The notes below the pieces were generated by a model. That model searched no databases, was not told where the DNA came from, and saw nothing but the letters and a program-made list of their open reading frames with translations. Shown one piece after another: positions 36,907 through 44,767 of a stretch of DNA of 64,000 bases; positions within the stretch are counted from its first letter, which is position 1, and every line of letters begins with the position of its first letter. Position numbers and translations under genes: made by a program. The DNA lies in the NCBI GenBank assembly GCA_963710105.1, contig CAVPYV010000001.1, positions 1,935,032 to 1,999,031 on the forward strand, in the 5' to 3' direction. The DNA comes from an uncultured Chloroflexia bacterium (GTDB taxonomy: Bacteria; Chloroflexota; Limnocylindria; Limnocylindrales; CSP1-4).

Positions 36907-37370
36907 ATGGCCGCGATTCGTCGAACCGTGACACTGGCCTCGCTCGTTCGGCGCCGAATCGAGTCACCGGCGCATCGCGCGGCAGCCCGCCACCTCCGAC
37001 GGCCGAGGACGGCAGGCGGCAAGGCAGCCATCGTCGTTCCGCCGCGACAGCCAAACGGCTCTGGCAAGTCTCGCGACTGCGTTCGTCGCGGATGGGCGCG
37101 TCAGCGCAAGGCGGCCGCGAGCACCGGAGCGAGCAGGCGCCAACGCCTGTGAGCGAGGCGCGCAGCGGCCAACGCGGCGATGGCGTGCCCAGGCGCGACA
37201 GCCATCGGCTCTGGCAACCCTCGCGACTGCGTTCGTCGCGGCGGGGCGACGAGGTCAAGGCGCCGCCGAGGACCGCAGCGAGCGCACTCGGACGTGCGTG
37301 AGCGAGGACCGCAGGCGGCAACGCCGCCATCGTCGTTCCGCCGCGACAGCCAAACGGCTCTGGCATCGTC
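36907..37370. repeat. Tandem array (about 3 units) of a roughly 150-bp GC-rich intergenic repeat
   Basis: Units start at 37075 and 37225 (GACTGCGTTCGTCGCGG...), an exact 150-bp period. A more degenerate unit lies at about 36907-37074. Shared blocks are GAGGACCGCAGGCGGCAACGCCGCCATCGTCGTTCCGCCGCGACAGCCAAACGGCTCTGGCA. Confidence 0.75.
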
Positions 37371-37463
37371 CCGAGGGGTGACGTATCCTGCGCGAAACCG
37401 GTGGCGGGCTGCGCTCACACGACGCCGCCACCGGTTTTCCCATACCCGAGCCTGGAGGCGTGC

Positions 37464-37736
37464 GTGAGCTCGAACGTCGGTCAGAACTACCCGTACACGA
37501 GCGAGACCGAGGCCGAGCGCGCGACGCGGATCGGGGCGCTCGTCGAGGCGCGCGAGGGCCTGTCCGACACGCTCCGGGCCGAGACGACGCCCCTCGACGC
37601 CAACGAGCGCTGGTGGGTCTGGAAATGCCCGACCACGGGCTGCCCGGGCCTCCTCCACGTCGCCGGCTACGCGGCCGAGAAGCACGCCCTCTACGTCGTC
37701 TGCGACGGGACGTGCGGCAAGACCTTCCTGCGCTGA
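37464..37736 (+). CDS. Small zinc-ribbon-like protein (90 aa), function unknown
   Basis: GGAGG at 37454-37458 with 5-nt spacing to GTG 37464. Cys pairs WKCPTTGCPG and VVCDGTCGKT. Confidence 0.5.
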   Translation: MSSNVGQNYPYTSETEAERATRIGALVEAREGLSDTLRAETTPLDANERWWVWKCPTTGCPGLLHVAGYAAEKHALYVVCDGTCGKTFLR

Positions 37737-38512
37737 CCGCGCCCCGTCCGGACGCGACGGACGCCGGGGAGCTGCGGCGGGCCCGGCGCCGGCTCGTCCT
37801 CGACGGGCTGGGGATCATCGTCAGCGCGTTCGGGTTCGGCTTCGTCTTCGGCCTGACGGCCCGGACGAACGGCCACTTCTCGGTCATCGAGGCGATGGCG
37901 TTCAGCCTGATCGCGTTCGCCGGCGCCGCCCAGTTCGCGGCGATCGGTTACGTCGTGGCCGGCCTGAGCTGGCCGCTGATCGCGCTCCTGACGTTTCTGC
38001 TGAACGCGCGCCACGTCCTCTACTCGGCGGCGCTCGCGCCGTGGTTCCGCGGGCGGAGCCTTCTCGAGCGGGCGGTCGCCGCCCAGCTCCTGACCGACGA
38101 GGCCTTCGCCCTCTCGATCGCCCACTTCCGGCGGCTCAGCCGGTACGACGGGTTCGGCTACTGGTACCCCGCGATCGTGACGACCCTCATCCCGTGGAAC
38201 ATCGCGACGTTCGCCGGGGTGATGATCGGCGACGCGATCGTCGAGCCGAGCCGGTTCGGCATCGACGTGATCTTCCCGGCGGCGATGGCCGGCCTGGCGA
38301 TCGGGCTCCTCTCCGGCCGCCGCGAGGTCGTCGCGGCGCTGGCCGGCGCGGCGATCGGCGTCGTGGCGTCGCTGGCCGTGAGCCCGACGATCGGGGTCAT
38401 CGCCGGCGGCGTCGCCGGACCGTTCGTCGGCCTGCTCGTGCCGCCCCGTCCCGGCGCAGCGACCGGGCTGGACGGGACCGCACTCTCCCCGGTCGGCGCG
38501 CCGCAGCCATGA
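37712..38512 (+). CDS. azlC: AzlC family branched-chain amino acid transport protein
   Basis: GFGFVFGLTA...SLIAFAGAAQFAAIG...NARHVLYSAAL is the typical AzlC core. The start is uncertain; GTG 37712 is the first plausible in-frame start and overlaps the preceding small ORF. Confidence 0.75.
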   Translation: MRQDLPALTAPRPDATDAGELRRARRRLVLDGLGIIVSAFGFGFVFGLTARTNGHFSVIEAMAFSLIAFAGAAQFAAIGYVVAGLSWPLIALLTFLLNARHVLYSAALAPWFRGRSLLERAVAAQLLTDEAFALSIAHFRRLSRYDGFGYWYPAIVTTLIPWNIATFAGVMIGDAIVEPSRFGIDVIFPAAMAGLAIGLLSGRREVVAALAGAAIGVVASLAVSPTIGVIAGGVAGPFVGLLVPPRPGAATGLDGTALSPVGAPQP

Positions 38513-38838
38513 GCGTCGACCTCGTCCCGCTGGCCGTCCTGATGTTCGCGGTGACGTACCCGTCGCGGGCGATCGGCCTGCTCAACCCGGCGATCGACCG
38601 GATGCCGCGGCGGGCCCTCGCCTACCTCCAGCTGGTCGGGCCCGCGGTCCTCGCCGCGCTGGCCGCCGTCAACGTCATGGTCGTGACGATCGACGGACGC
38701 TCCGCGTTCACGATCGGCCTGCCATGGCTGTCCGTGGCGGCCTGCATCGCCCTCGTCGCATGGCGGCGGAACCTGTTCCTGGGCCTGCTCGCGGCGGTCG
38801 CGATCGCCATCGCCGGGCGGGCCGCCGGGCTGTCCTGA
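38509..38838 (+). CDS. azlD: AzlD family branched-chain amino acid transport protein
   Basis: 109-aa, 4-TM-like protein (LAVLMFAVTYPSRAIG...). The ATG overlaps the azlC stop (ATGA). Confidence 0.8.
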   Translation: MSVDLVPLAVLMFAVTYPSRAIGLLNPAIDRMPRRALAYLQLVGPAVLAALAAVNVMVVTIDGRSAFTIGLPWLSVAACIALVAWRRNLFLGLLAAVAIAIAGRAAGLS

Positions 38839-38916
38839 GCGCGGGAGCCGGCCCTGGCCCGGTGGATTCATGCCCGGTTCGGATTGACCCTCGGGCGGGC
38901 GTCTCGCTGTCGGGCG

Positions 38917-39294
38917 TCAGGGGCCACCTTGGAGCGCATAGTCGAGGTACGAATCCTCTCCGACACGCACGTAGACCACCGTATGGCAGGGACCACTCTG
39001 CGCCACCGTGGTGCATGGCCCGGCAGGGCACGGCGCGAACAATCCAGGGTCCACGACGACGGGCTCGATGCTGTCCCGCGCCCGGATCTCCGCCAAGCTC
39101 AACGCGCGATTCAGCGCGTCCTTGCTCCAACTGCGCCCGCAGATTCGGATGTGCTCGGGCAGGGCGGCGGCGTCATGAACGCCACCCGCGCCCCCGAAGG
39201 CATTCCCGATCCGAGGAACGATCACGGTGCCGACGAAGAGGGCGGCCGCGGTGAGTGCAACCACGACGATTCCGCGCCTGACCGTCCTGGACAT
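38917..39294 (-). CDS. Membrane-anchored hypothetical protein (125 aa)
   Basis: MSRTVRRGIVVVALTAAALFVGTVIV is an N-terminal anchor. The Cys-containing ectodomain includes ICGRSW and APCPAGPCTTVAQSGPCH. Confidence 0.5.
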   Translation of the reverse strand: MSRTVRRGIVVVALTAAALFVGTVIVPRIGNAFGGAGGVHDAAALPEHIRICGRSWSKDALNRALSLAEIRARDSIEPVVVDPGLFAPCPAGPCTTVAQSGPCHTVVYVRVGEDSYLDYALQGGP

Positions 39295-39414
39295 CCCGGT
39301 TCTCTCCCTCGGTGTCGCCTTCACCCAACGTCCTCGGGGCCCGATTGCCTGACGTTCTCGTCGCGGTTCGTGCGCCGGCGGATCAGTCCACCTGCAGACT
39401 CCAACCACGAGGCG

Positions 39415-39807
39415 TCAGCCGCGGCGGGCCTCGAGCTCGACCTCGACGAGCATCGACGGATCGATGAGACCGGCGACCCGGACGAGGGTCGCGGCCGGGC
39501 GGATCGAGCCGAACAGCTCCCCGTTGACCGCGGCCACCGCGGCCGCGTCCTCCGGCCGGACGATGTACATCCGGGTCCGGACCACGTCACCGGCGGCGAA
39601 CCCCGCCTCCTCGAGGGCACCGAGCGCGATCGCGATCGCGGCCCGCGCTTGGGCAGCCGCGTCGCCGGCATGGAGCGAGCGCCCGTCGGGACCCGCGTCC
39701 GTCGTCCCCGCGACCCAGCACGAATCGCCGACCGCGACCGCCCGGCTGTAGCCGTAGCGGGCCTCGTAGGGGCTGCCGGACGAGACGAGCCGCCGCTCCG
39801 GGCTCAC
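39415..39807 (-). CDS. RidA/YjgF family protein
   Basis: YSRAVAVGDSCWVAGTT...RTRMYI...PAATLVRVAGLIDPSMLVEVELEA. The GTG start overlaps the M20 peptidase stop (GTGA). Confidence 0.85.
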   Translation of the reverse strand: MSPERRLVSSGSPYEARYGYSRAVAVGDSCWVAGTTDAGPDGRSLHAGDAAAQARAAIAIALGALEEAGFAAGDVVRTRMYIVRPEDAAAVAAVNGELFGSIRPAATLVRVAGLIDPSMLVEVELEARRG

Positions 39808-41060
39808 GAGGTCGCGGCGGGTCCCGCCTCCCGCCAGCCGCGGACGACCGGGTCGCGCCCGATGGCGAGGAGCAGTCCCGCGAGCAGGGCGGTCCGCGGA
39901 ACGATCGAGGCGACCTCGAGGTACTCGGCCGGCGAGTGGTCCATCCCGCCGATCGGCCCGAGACCGTCGATCGAGGGGACCCCCATCCCGGCGGTCGTGT
40001 TCGCGTCGGATGCGCCGCCGGTCGCCGCGTCGTGGATCTCGAACCCCAGCCGCCGGGCGACCGCCTGGGCGTGCTCGACGAGCCGCCCGGACCGCTCGAG
40101 CTTCTCCATCGGCCACCAGCGGGCCATCGGCTCGAGGTCGGCGGTGACGTCCGGAACGGCGAGCGAGCCGAGCATCGTCCGGATCTCGGCCTCGGCCGCC
40201 TCGAGGTCGGCCCGGCGGACGGCGCGGATGTCGACCTCGAGCGAGCAGCGCTCGCCGACGACGTTCGGGCGAGTCCCGCCGGCGATCACCCCGACGTTGA
40301 TCGTCACGCCAGGCCACCGCCCGTTGAGGGCGTGGAGGCGGGTCACGAGGTCGGCCGCGGCGAGGATCGCGGAGCGGCCCTTCTCGGGCTCGACGCCGGC
40401 GTGGGCGGCTCGACCGCGGACGGTGATCCGGGCGTCGAGGATCCCCTTGCGCGAGGAGACGATGTCGCCGTTGGCCCGGGCGCACTCCAGGACGAGGCAG
40501 GCGTCGGCGTCGGCGGCGACCGCCCGGATGTGGGGGGTCGAGCTCGGCGAGCCGATCTCCTCGTCGGGGTTGGCGACCCAGGTGAGTCGCTCGAACGGCA
40601 GGCGGCCGGCGGCGGCCAGCGCCTTCACCGCGTAGAGCCCGGCCAGCAGACCCGACTTCATGTCGGTGACGCCGGGCCCGCGGGCGATCCCCTCGGCGTC
40701 GATCGCGAACGGCCGCTCGGCGGCGGTGCCCGGGTCGAACACGGTGTCCATGTGGCCGATCAGGACGATCCGCGGGCCGCCCGCCGTCCCGCGCTCCCCG
40801 TCCCAGGTGCCGATGACCGTCGCCCCGCGGCTGCCCTCCGGGTCGGGCCGGACCTCGACGGTCGCGCGGTTGGCGGTCATGAACCCGGCGACCCAGCGCC
40901 CGACCTCGTCGACGCCGGCCGGCGTGTACGAGCCGCAGTCGATGTTGACGAGCCGGGCCAGGTCGGCGAGATACGCCGGCTCGTCGGCCCGGATCGCGGC
41001 CTGCAGGGCGAGCAGCTCGGCGTCGGCCACGGCCTCGCCCGGTGCGGTCGTCGTGTCCAT
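39804..41060 (-). CDS. M20 family metallopeptidase (carboxypeptidase G2 / ArgE / DapE-like)
   Basis: LIGHMDTVF, GPGVTDMKSG, NPDEEIGSPSS, and a dimerisation insert followed by GGASDAN. Confidence 0.9.
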   Translation of the reverse strand: MDTTTAPGEAVADAELLALQAAIRADEPAYLADLARLVNIDCGSYTPAGVDEVGRWVAGFMTANRATVEVRPDPEGSRGATVIGTWDGERGTAGGPRIVLIGHMDTVFDPGTAAERPFAIDAEGIARGPGVTDMKSGLLAGLYAVKALAAAGRLPFERLTWVANPDEEIGSPSSTPHIRAVAADADACLVLECARANGDIVSSRKGILDARITVRGRAAHAGVEPEKGRSAILAAADLVTRLHALNGRWPGVTINVGVIAGGTRPNVVGERCSLEVDIRAVRRADLEAAEAEIRTMLGSLAVPDVTADLEPMARWWPMEKLERSGRLVEHAQAVARRLGFEIHDAATGGASDANTTAGMGVPSIDGLGPIGGMDHSPAEYLEVASIVPRTALLAGLLLAIGRDPVVRGWREAGPAATS

Positions 41061-41066
41061 CGGCCA

Positions 41067-41072
41067 AGTCTA
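41067..41072 (-). promoter_or_regulatory. -10-like hexamer TAGACT, 6 nt upstream of the M20 peptidase ATG
   Basis: The minus strand reads ccgccTAGACTtggccgATG. Confidence 0.35.
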
Positions 41073-41149
41073 GGCGGCGGCCGAGGCCGCCGCCGGGCCG
41101 CCGAAACGGTCGCGTCGCGCCCCGATCGGGGCGTTATCCTCCCCGAACC

Positions 41150-42964
41150 GTGCGACTGATCGAGATCCGGCTGCTCGAGGGACCGAACGTCTACCGGCTC
41201 GAGCCGGTGGTCAAGATCGAGGTCGCGATCGGCCGGCGACGGACGTGGTATGGCCAGCGGAGCCCCGGTCGCCACGCCCTGGTCCATCTCGGCGCCGACG
41301 TCCCCGCCCGCGAATGGCCGCTCCCGATCGAGGAGCTCGTTGGCTGGCTCCGTCGCCTGCGGGTCGATCACGGCGAGGGACGTGGCGGCGTCGTCGTCCA
41401 CCGCTCGTCCGACCCCGGCCACTGGATCGTGACCTACGGCTGGACCGGGGCGGAGCGGGCCCGGACGATCGCCGAGGCGGCACTGGCCCTGACGGAGCGG
41501 GACGTGTCGTCGGTCCGGCGGACCCGCCTGACCGGCAGCCAGGAGCGCCTCCTCGCCCGCTGGACCGCCCGGATCGCCGACGCGCGGGCGACCCCGCCGG
41601 CCTGGGTCCGCGACGCCGATCGGCGGATCCCGATCGTCTCGATCACCGGGACGAACGGCAAGAGCACGGTCACCCGGCTGCTCACCCACATCCTCAAGGT
41701 CGCCGGCCGGCGAGTCGGGACGACGACCTCGGACGGAGTCCTCGTCGACGAGCGGCTCGTCGAGCCCGGCGACTGGACGGGTCCCGGCGGCGCGTGGCAG
41801 GTCCTCGAGCGGTCCGACGTCGACGTCGCCGTCCTCGAGACCGCCCGCGGCGGGCTGGTCCTGCGCGGGATGGGCTACGAGTCGAACGACGCCGCGATCG
41901 TGACGAACATCTCGTCGGACCATCTCGACCTCCAGGGAATCCACACCCTGCCCGAGCTCGCCGAGGTCAAGTCGACCGTCGTCCGGGCCACCCGCCCGGA
42001 CGGCTGGGCGGTGCTGAACGCCGACGACCCGCTCGTCGCCGGGATGGCTCGCCGGGTCCGGGCCAACGTCGCAGTCTTCTCGCTCGGCGACGGGGGCGCC
42101 GCCGCGGCGACCGTCCGGCGGACCGTGGCCGGCGGCGGACGGGCCTACGTCCTGCGCGACGGCTGGCTCGTCGAGATCGACGGCAGCCGCCCCTCGAGCG
42201 GCGCGGCCGACGGCGGTCGGCCGGCGGATGGCGGCGACCCGGTCGAGCACCGGATCCTCGAGGTCGAGCGCGTCCCGATCGCCCTCGGCGGGCTCGCCCG
42301 CCACAACGTCGCCAACGCCCTCGCCGCGGCCGCCGCTGCGCGTGGGATCGGGATCACCCTCGCGCAGCTCCGCGACGGCCTCGCCGACTTCCATCCGACC
42401 TCGGAGCGCTCGCCGGGCCGGCTCAACCTGTTCCGGGTCGGAGCGCGGATCGTCGTCGTCGACTTCGCCCACAACGAGGCCGGGCTCCACGCCGTGCTCG
42501 ACGTCGCCGACGGGATCGCCGGCGGGGCGGCCGGTCGGGCCGCCCCGGTGACCGCGATCGTCGGGACCGCCGGCGACCGGCCGGACGACACCCTCCGTGG
42601 GATCGGCCGGATTGCCGCCAAGCGGGCCCAGCGGGTCGCGATCAAGGAGACGCTGAAGTACCTCCGCGGGCGGAGCCGGGAGTCGATCGTCGGGGAGATC
42701 ATGGCCGGCATCGTGTCGACCGGCCGATCGGCCACGGACGTCCCGATCTATGAGTCGGAGACGGAGGCGCTGCGCTCCGAGCTGGCGCGCAACGGCGAGG
42801 GCGCCGCCCGGCCCGATGCGGCGCGGGTCATCGTTCTGATGTGCCACGAGGAGCGAGAGGAGGTCTTCGCCCTCATCGGCAAGCTCGGCGGCCGCCCGAT
42901 CGATGTCGGCAGCGAGCTGACGACCCTGGTCCCGCGTCTCCAGGCCCGGCCGCGCCGGAGCTGA
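41150..42964 (+). CDS. Cyanophycin-synthetase-like ligase: CphA N domain plus Mur-ligase (M) domain, lacking the ATP-grasp domain
   Basis: VRLIEIRLLEGPNVYRLEPVVKIEV parallels LKIVETRILRGPNYWAREPVVRMVV of the cphA in this window. It is followed directly by IPIVSITGTNGKSTV, ETARGG, VDFAHNEAG and GTAGDRPDD, matching the cphA M-domain boxes IPIVAVTGTNGKTTT, EVARGG, IDYCHNVDG and GIPGDRRDD. 604 aa versus 958 aa. Confidence 0.8.
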   Translation: MRLIEIRLLEGPNVYRLEPVVKIEVAIGRRRTWYGQRSPGRHALVHLGADVPAREWPLPIEELVGWLRRLRVDHGEGRGGVVVHRSSDPGHWIVTYGWTGAERARTIAEAALALTERDVSSVRRTRLTGSQERLLARWTARIADARATPPAWVRDADRRIPIVSITGTNGKSTVTRLLTHILKVAGRRVGTTTSDGVLVDERLVEPGDWTGPGGAWQVLERSDVDVAVLETARGGLVLRGMGYESNDAAIVTNISSDHLDLQGIHTLPELAEVKSTVVRATRPDGWAVLNADDPLVAGMARRVRANVAVFSLGDGGAAAATVRRTVAGGGRAYVLRDGWLVEIDGSRPSSGAADGGRPADGGDPVEHRILEVERVPIALGGLARHNVANALAAAAAARGIGITLAQLRDGLADFHPTSERSPGRLNLFRVGARIVVVDFAHNEAGLHAVLDVADGIAGGAAGRAAPVTAIVGTAGDRPDDTLRGIGRIAAKRAQRVAIKETLKYLRGRSRESIVGEIMAGIVSTGRSATDVPIYESETEALRSELARNGEGAARPDAARVIVLMCHEEREEVFALIGKLGGRPIDVGSELTTLVPRLQARPRRS

Positions 42965-42969
42965 GCGAG

Positions 42970-43488
42970 GTGGCCTGGGACGATGGGTTCCGGAGGCCCG
43001 AGGGACTCGATCGCGCGATCACGAGCGTTCACTCGGCCGACGACCTCGCGGCGGCCTATCGCGAGGCGGCCGACCGGGGCCGGCGGTCGGCGCGCGTCGA
43101 CGGGTCGCCGTACGTCGTCCAGCTCGGCGGGTCGGTCGAGGGGATGGCGGTCGACCTCGTCGTCCGGATCCTCCGGGCCGACGGGGGGCGGCAGCGGCCG
43201 AAGACGCGCCTCCGGGCGACCGGCTCCATCCGCGCCGGGGACGGGGGATCCACGCTCGAGGTCCGGATCGCCCCCGACGACCGCCGGACCGCCGCCTGGA
43301 CGATGGGCGTCCCGGCCGCGGCCGTCGCGCTCATGCTCGTCGCCGGCGTGCCCGTCGCCGGCGTCATCGTCGTCGGCGGCCTCGCGGTCCCGAACGTGCT
43401 GCTGGCGATCCGATCCGGCCAGCGGTTCGTCCTGCGCTCGCTGAGCCAGGTCGAGGCGTTCCTCGAGGCGATCGCCCACGGAGGCTGA
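42970..43488 (+). CDS. Hypothetical protein with C-terminal TM segments (172 aa)
   Basis: GTG 42970 lies 6 nt after the ligase stop, with GAGCGAGG just upstream. TM stretch VPAAAVALMLVAGVPVAGVIVVGGLAVPNVLLAI. No family recognised. Confidence 0.45.
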   Translation: MAWDDGFRRPEGLDRAITSVHSADDLAAAYREAADRGRRSARVDGSPYVVQLGGSVEGMAVDLVVRILRADGGRQRPKTRLRATGSIRAGDGGSTLEVRIAPDDRRTAAWTMGVPAAAVALMLVAGVPVAGVIVVGGLAVPNVLLAIRSGQRFVLRSLSQVEAFLEAIAHGG

Positions 43489-43545
43489 ACGGCGGCGGCC
43501 GAGGCCGCTCGGAATCAGTCGCGGGCCTGGCGTCGACCCGCCCGG

Positions 43546-44631
43546 TCAAGCCCCGCCGGCGGCGGCGAGCAGCTCCTCGAGGCGGCGGAACGGCTGCCAG
43601 GCACCCTCCGACACGTTCGACTGGACGACGACCCGCTCGCCGCCGGCGAACGCCCAGCAGCGGCAGCTGAACCCGGGGTCCTCGCCGCTGTGGCCGATCC
43701 GGGTTGTCGGCCCCGCCCCGCCGTGGACGACGCCGAGCCCGTAGCCGGCCTTCTCGACCGGGCTGACCGCATGGGGTCCGATCATCCGCGCCCGGGTCGG
43801 CGCGGTGAGATACGCCGCGCCGGCCGGCCCGCGCCGGGTCAGGCCGTCGAGCGCCCGGACGAGGTCGGCCGCGGTGGCCTGCGCGCCGCCGTCCGGCAGG
43901 CCCATCGCCGGCATCGCGAAGACGTTCGTCCGCCAGGCAGCGGCCGGCGCCCCCGCCGGCGCCTCCGGATCGGGCGGCAGGTAGCCGACCGCCAGGTCGG
44001 GCTCGATCGCATCGAGGGCCCAGAACCCGCTCGAACGCATCCCGAGCGGCTCGAGCACCTCGGCCCGGACGAGATCCGGATACGGCCGTCCGGTGCGCTC
44101 CTCCAGCGCCAGGCCGGCGAGCACGTACGCGCCGTTGTTGTAGCGAGCGGCCGCGCCCGGATCGCCGGTCCGGGTCAGATCCCGCATCAACGGGACGAGG
44201 TCGCGCGCGCCGCGGATCGCACCCGGCGGCACGCGCTCCCAGATCGTCTCGTACGGCGGCCCGTCGTACTCGTCGGCGTAGTCGCCGACGCCGGACGTGT
44301 GGCTCAGGAGGTGGAAGAGGGTCACGCGCTCGTCGAGGTCGCTCGGCCGAAGCTCCTCCGGCAGGCAGTCGACGAGGCGATCGTCGTATCCGACGACGCC
44401 GCGATCGACGAGCCGGGCGACGGTCAGGCCGGTCAGGAGCTTGGTCGTCGAGGCGATCCCGAAGCGGGTCCCCGCGTGGTTCGCGATGCCGGCGGCACGA
44501 TCCGCGAGGCCGAGCGCGATCGTGAGCGGCTCCTCGTCGTCGTCGCCGGCAACGTGGACGACGCCGCTGAAGTCCTCGTCCGAGAGCCAGTCGCGATATG
44601 CCGCGACGTCGAGCCGGGCGAGCCGGCTCAC
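43546..44631 (-). CDS. Serine hydrolase, beta-lactamase / PBP4*-like family
   Basis: S-x-x-K motif FGIASTTKLLTG and YNNGAY (Y-x-N). 361 aa, GTG start. Confidence 0.85.
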   Translation of the reverse strand: MSRLARLDVAAYRDWLSDEDFSGVVHVAGDDDEEPLTIALGLADRAAGIANHAGTRFGIASTTKLLTGLTVARLVDRGVVGYDDRLVDCLPEELRPSDLDERVTLFHLLSHTSGVGDYADEYDGPPYETIWERVPPGAIRGARDLVPLMRDLTRTGDPGAAARYNNGAYVLAGLALEERTGRPYPDLVRAEVLEPLGMRSSGFWALDAIEPDLAVGYLPPDPEAPAGAPAAAWRTNVFAMPAMGLPDGGAQATAADLVRALDGLTRRGPAGAAYLTAPTRARMIGPHAVSPVEKAGYGLGVVHGGAGPTTRIGHSGEDPGFSCRCWAFAGGERVVVQSNVSEGAWQPFRRLEELLAAAGGA

Positions 44632-44636
44632 CTAGA

Positions 44637-44763
44637 GACTGCGTTCGTCGCGGATGGGCGAGGCGGGCAAGGCGCGCCCGAGCACCGCAGCGAGCGCACC
44701 CGCAGGTGCGTGAGCGAGGACCGCAGAAGGCAACGCCGCCAGCGTCGTCCAGGCGCGACAGCC
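44637..44763. repeat. Single copy of the 150-bp repeat family, filling the cphA-hydrolase intergenic space
   Basis: GACTGCGTTCGTCGCGGATGGGCG...GAGCACCGCAGCGAGCGCAC...GTGCGTGAGCGAGGACCGCAG...GGCGCGACAGCC aligns block by block with the units at 37075 and 37225. Confidence 0.7.
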
Positions 44764-44767
44764 GTGT

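Noticed and set aside
33783-37067. 1094-aa minus-strand ORF spanning the MFS gene, the ggt region and part of the repeat array
   Set aside because: Only the 3' 1.3 kb (the MFS transporter) has protein-like sequence. The rest is antisense to the well-supported ggt gene and to non-coding repeats. The MFS start was set at GTG 35096.
36843-37301. ORFs inside the repeat array (152 aa on plus; 244 aa on minus, starting MPEPFGCRGGTTMAALPPAV and repeated in two track entries)
   Set aside because: Their periodic sequence simply mirrors the DNA repeat. Composition is Arg/Ser/Ala-rich nonsense, and the solitary copy at 44.6 kb is not in an equivalent frame.
36907-37370. CRISPR array
   Set aside because: The repeat unit is about 150 bp and directly tandem, with no unique spacers. 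The copies are degenerate rather than identical, and no cas genes are nearby.
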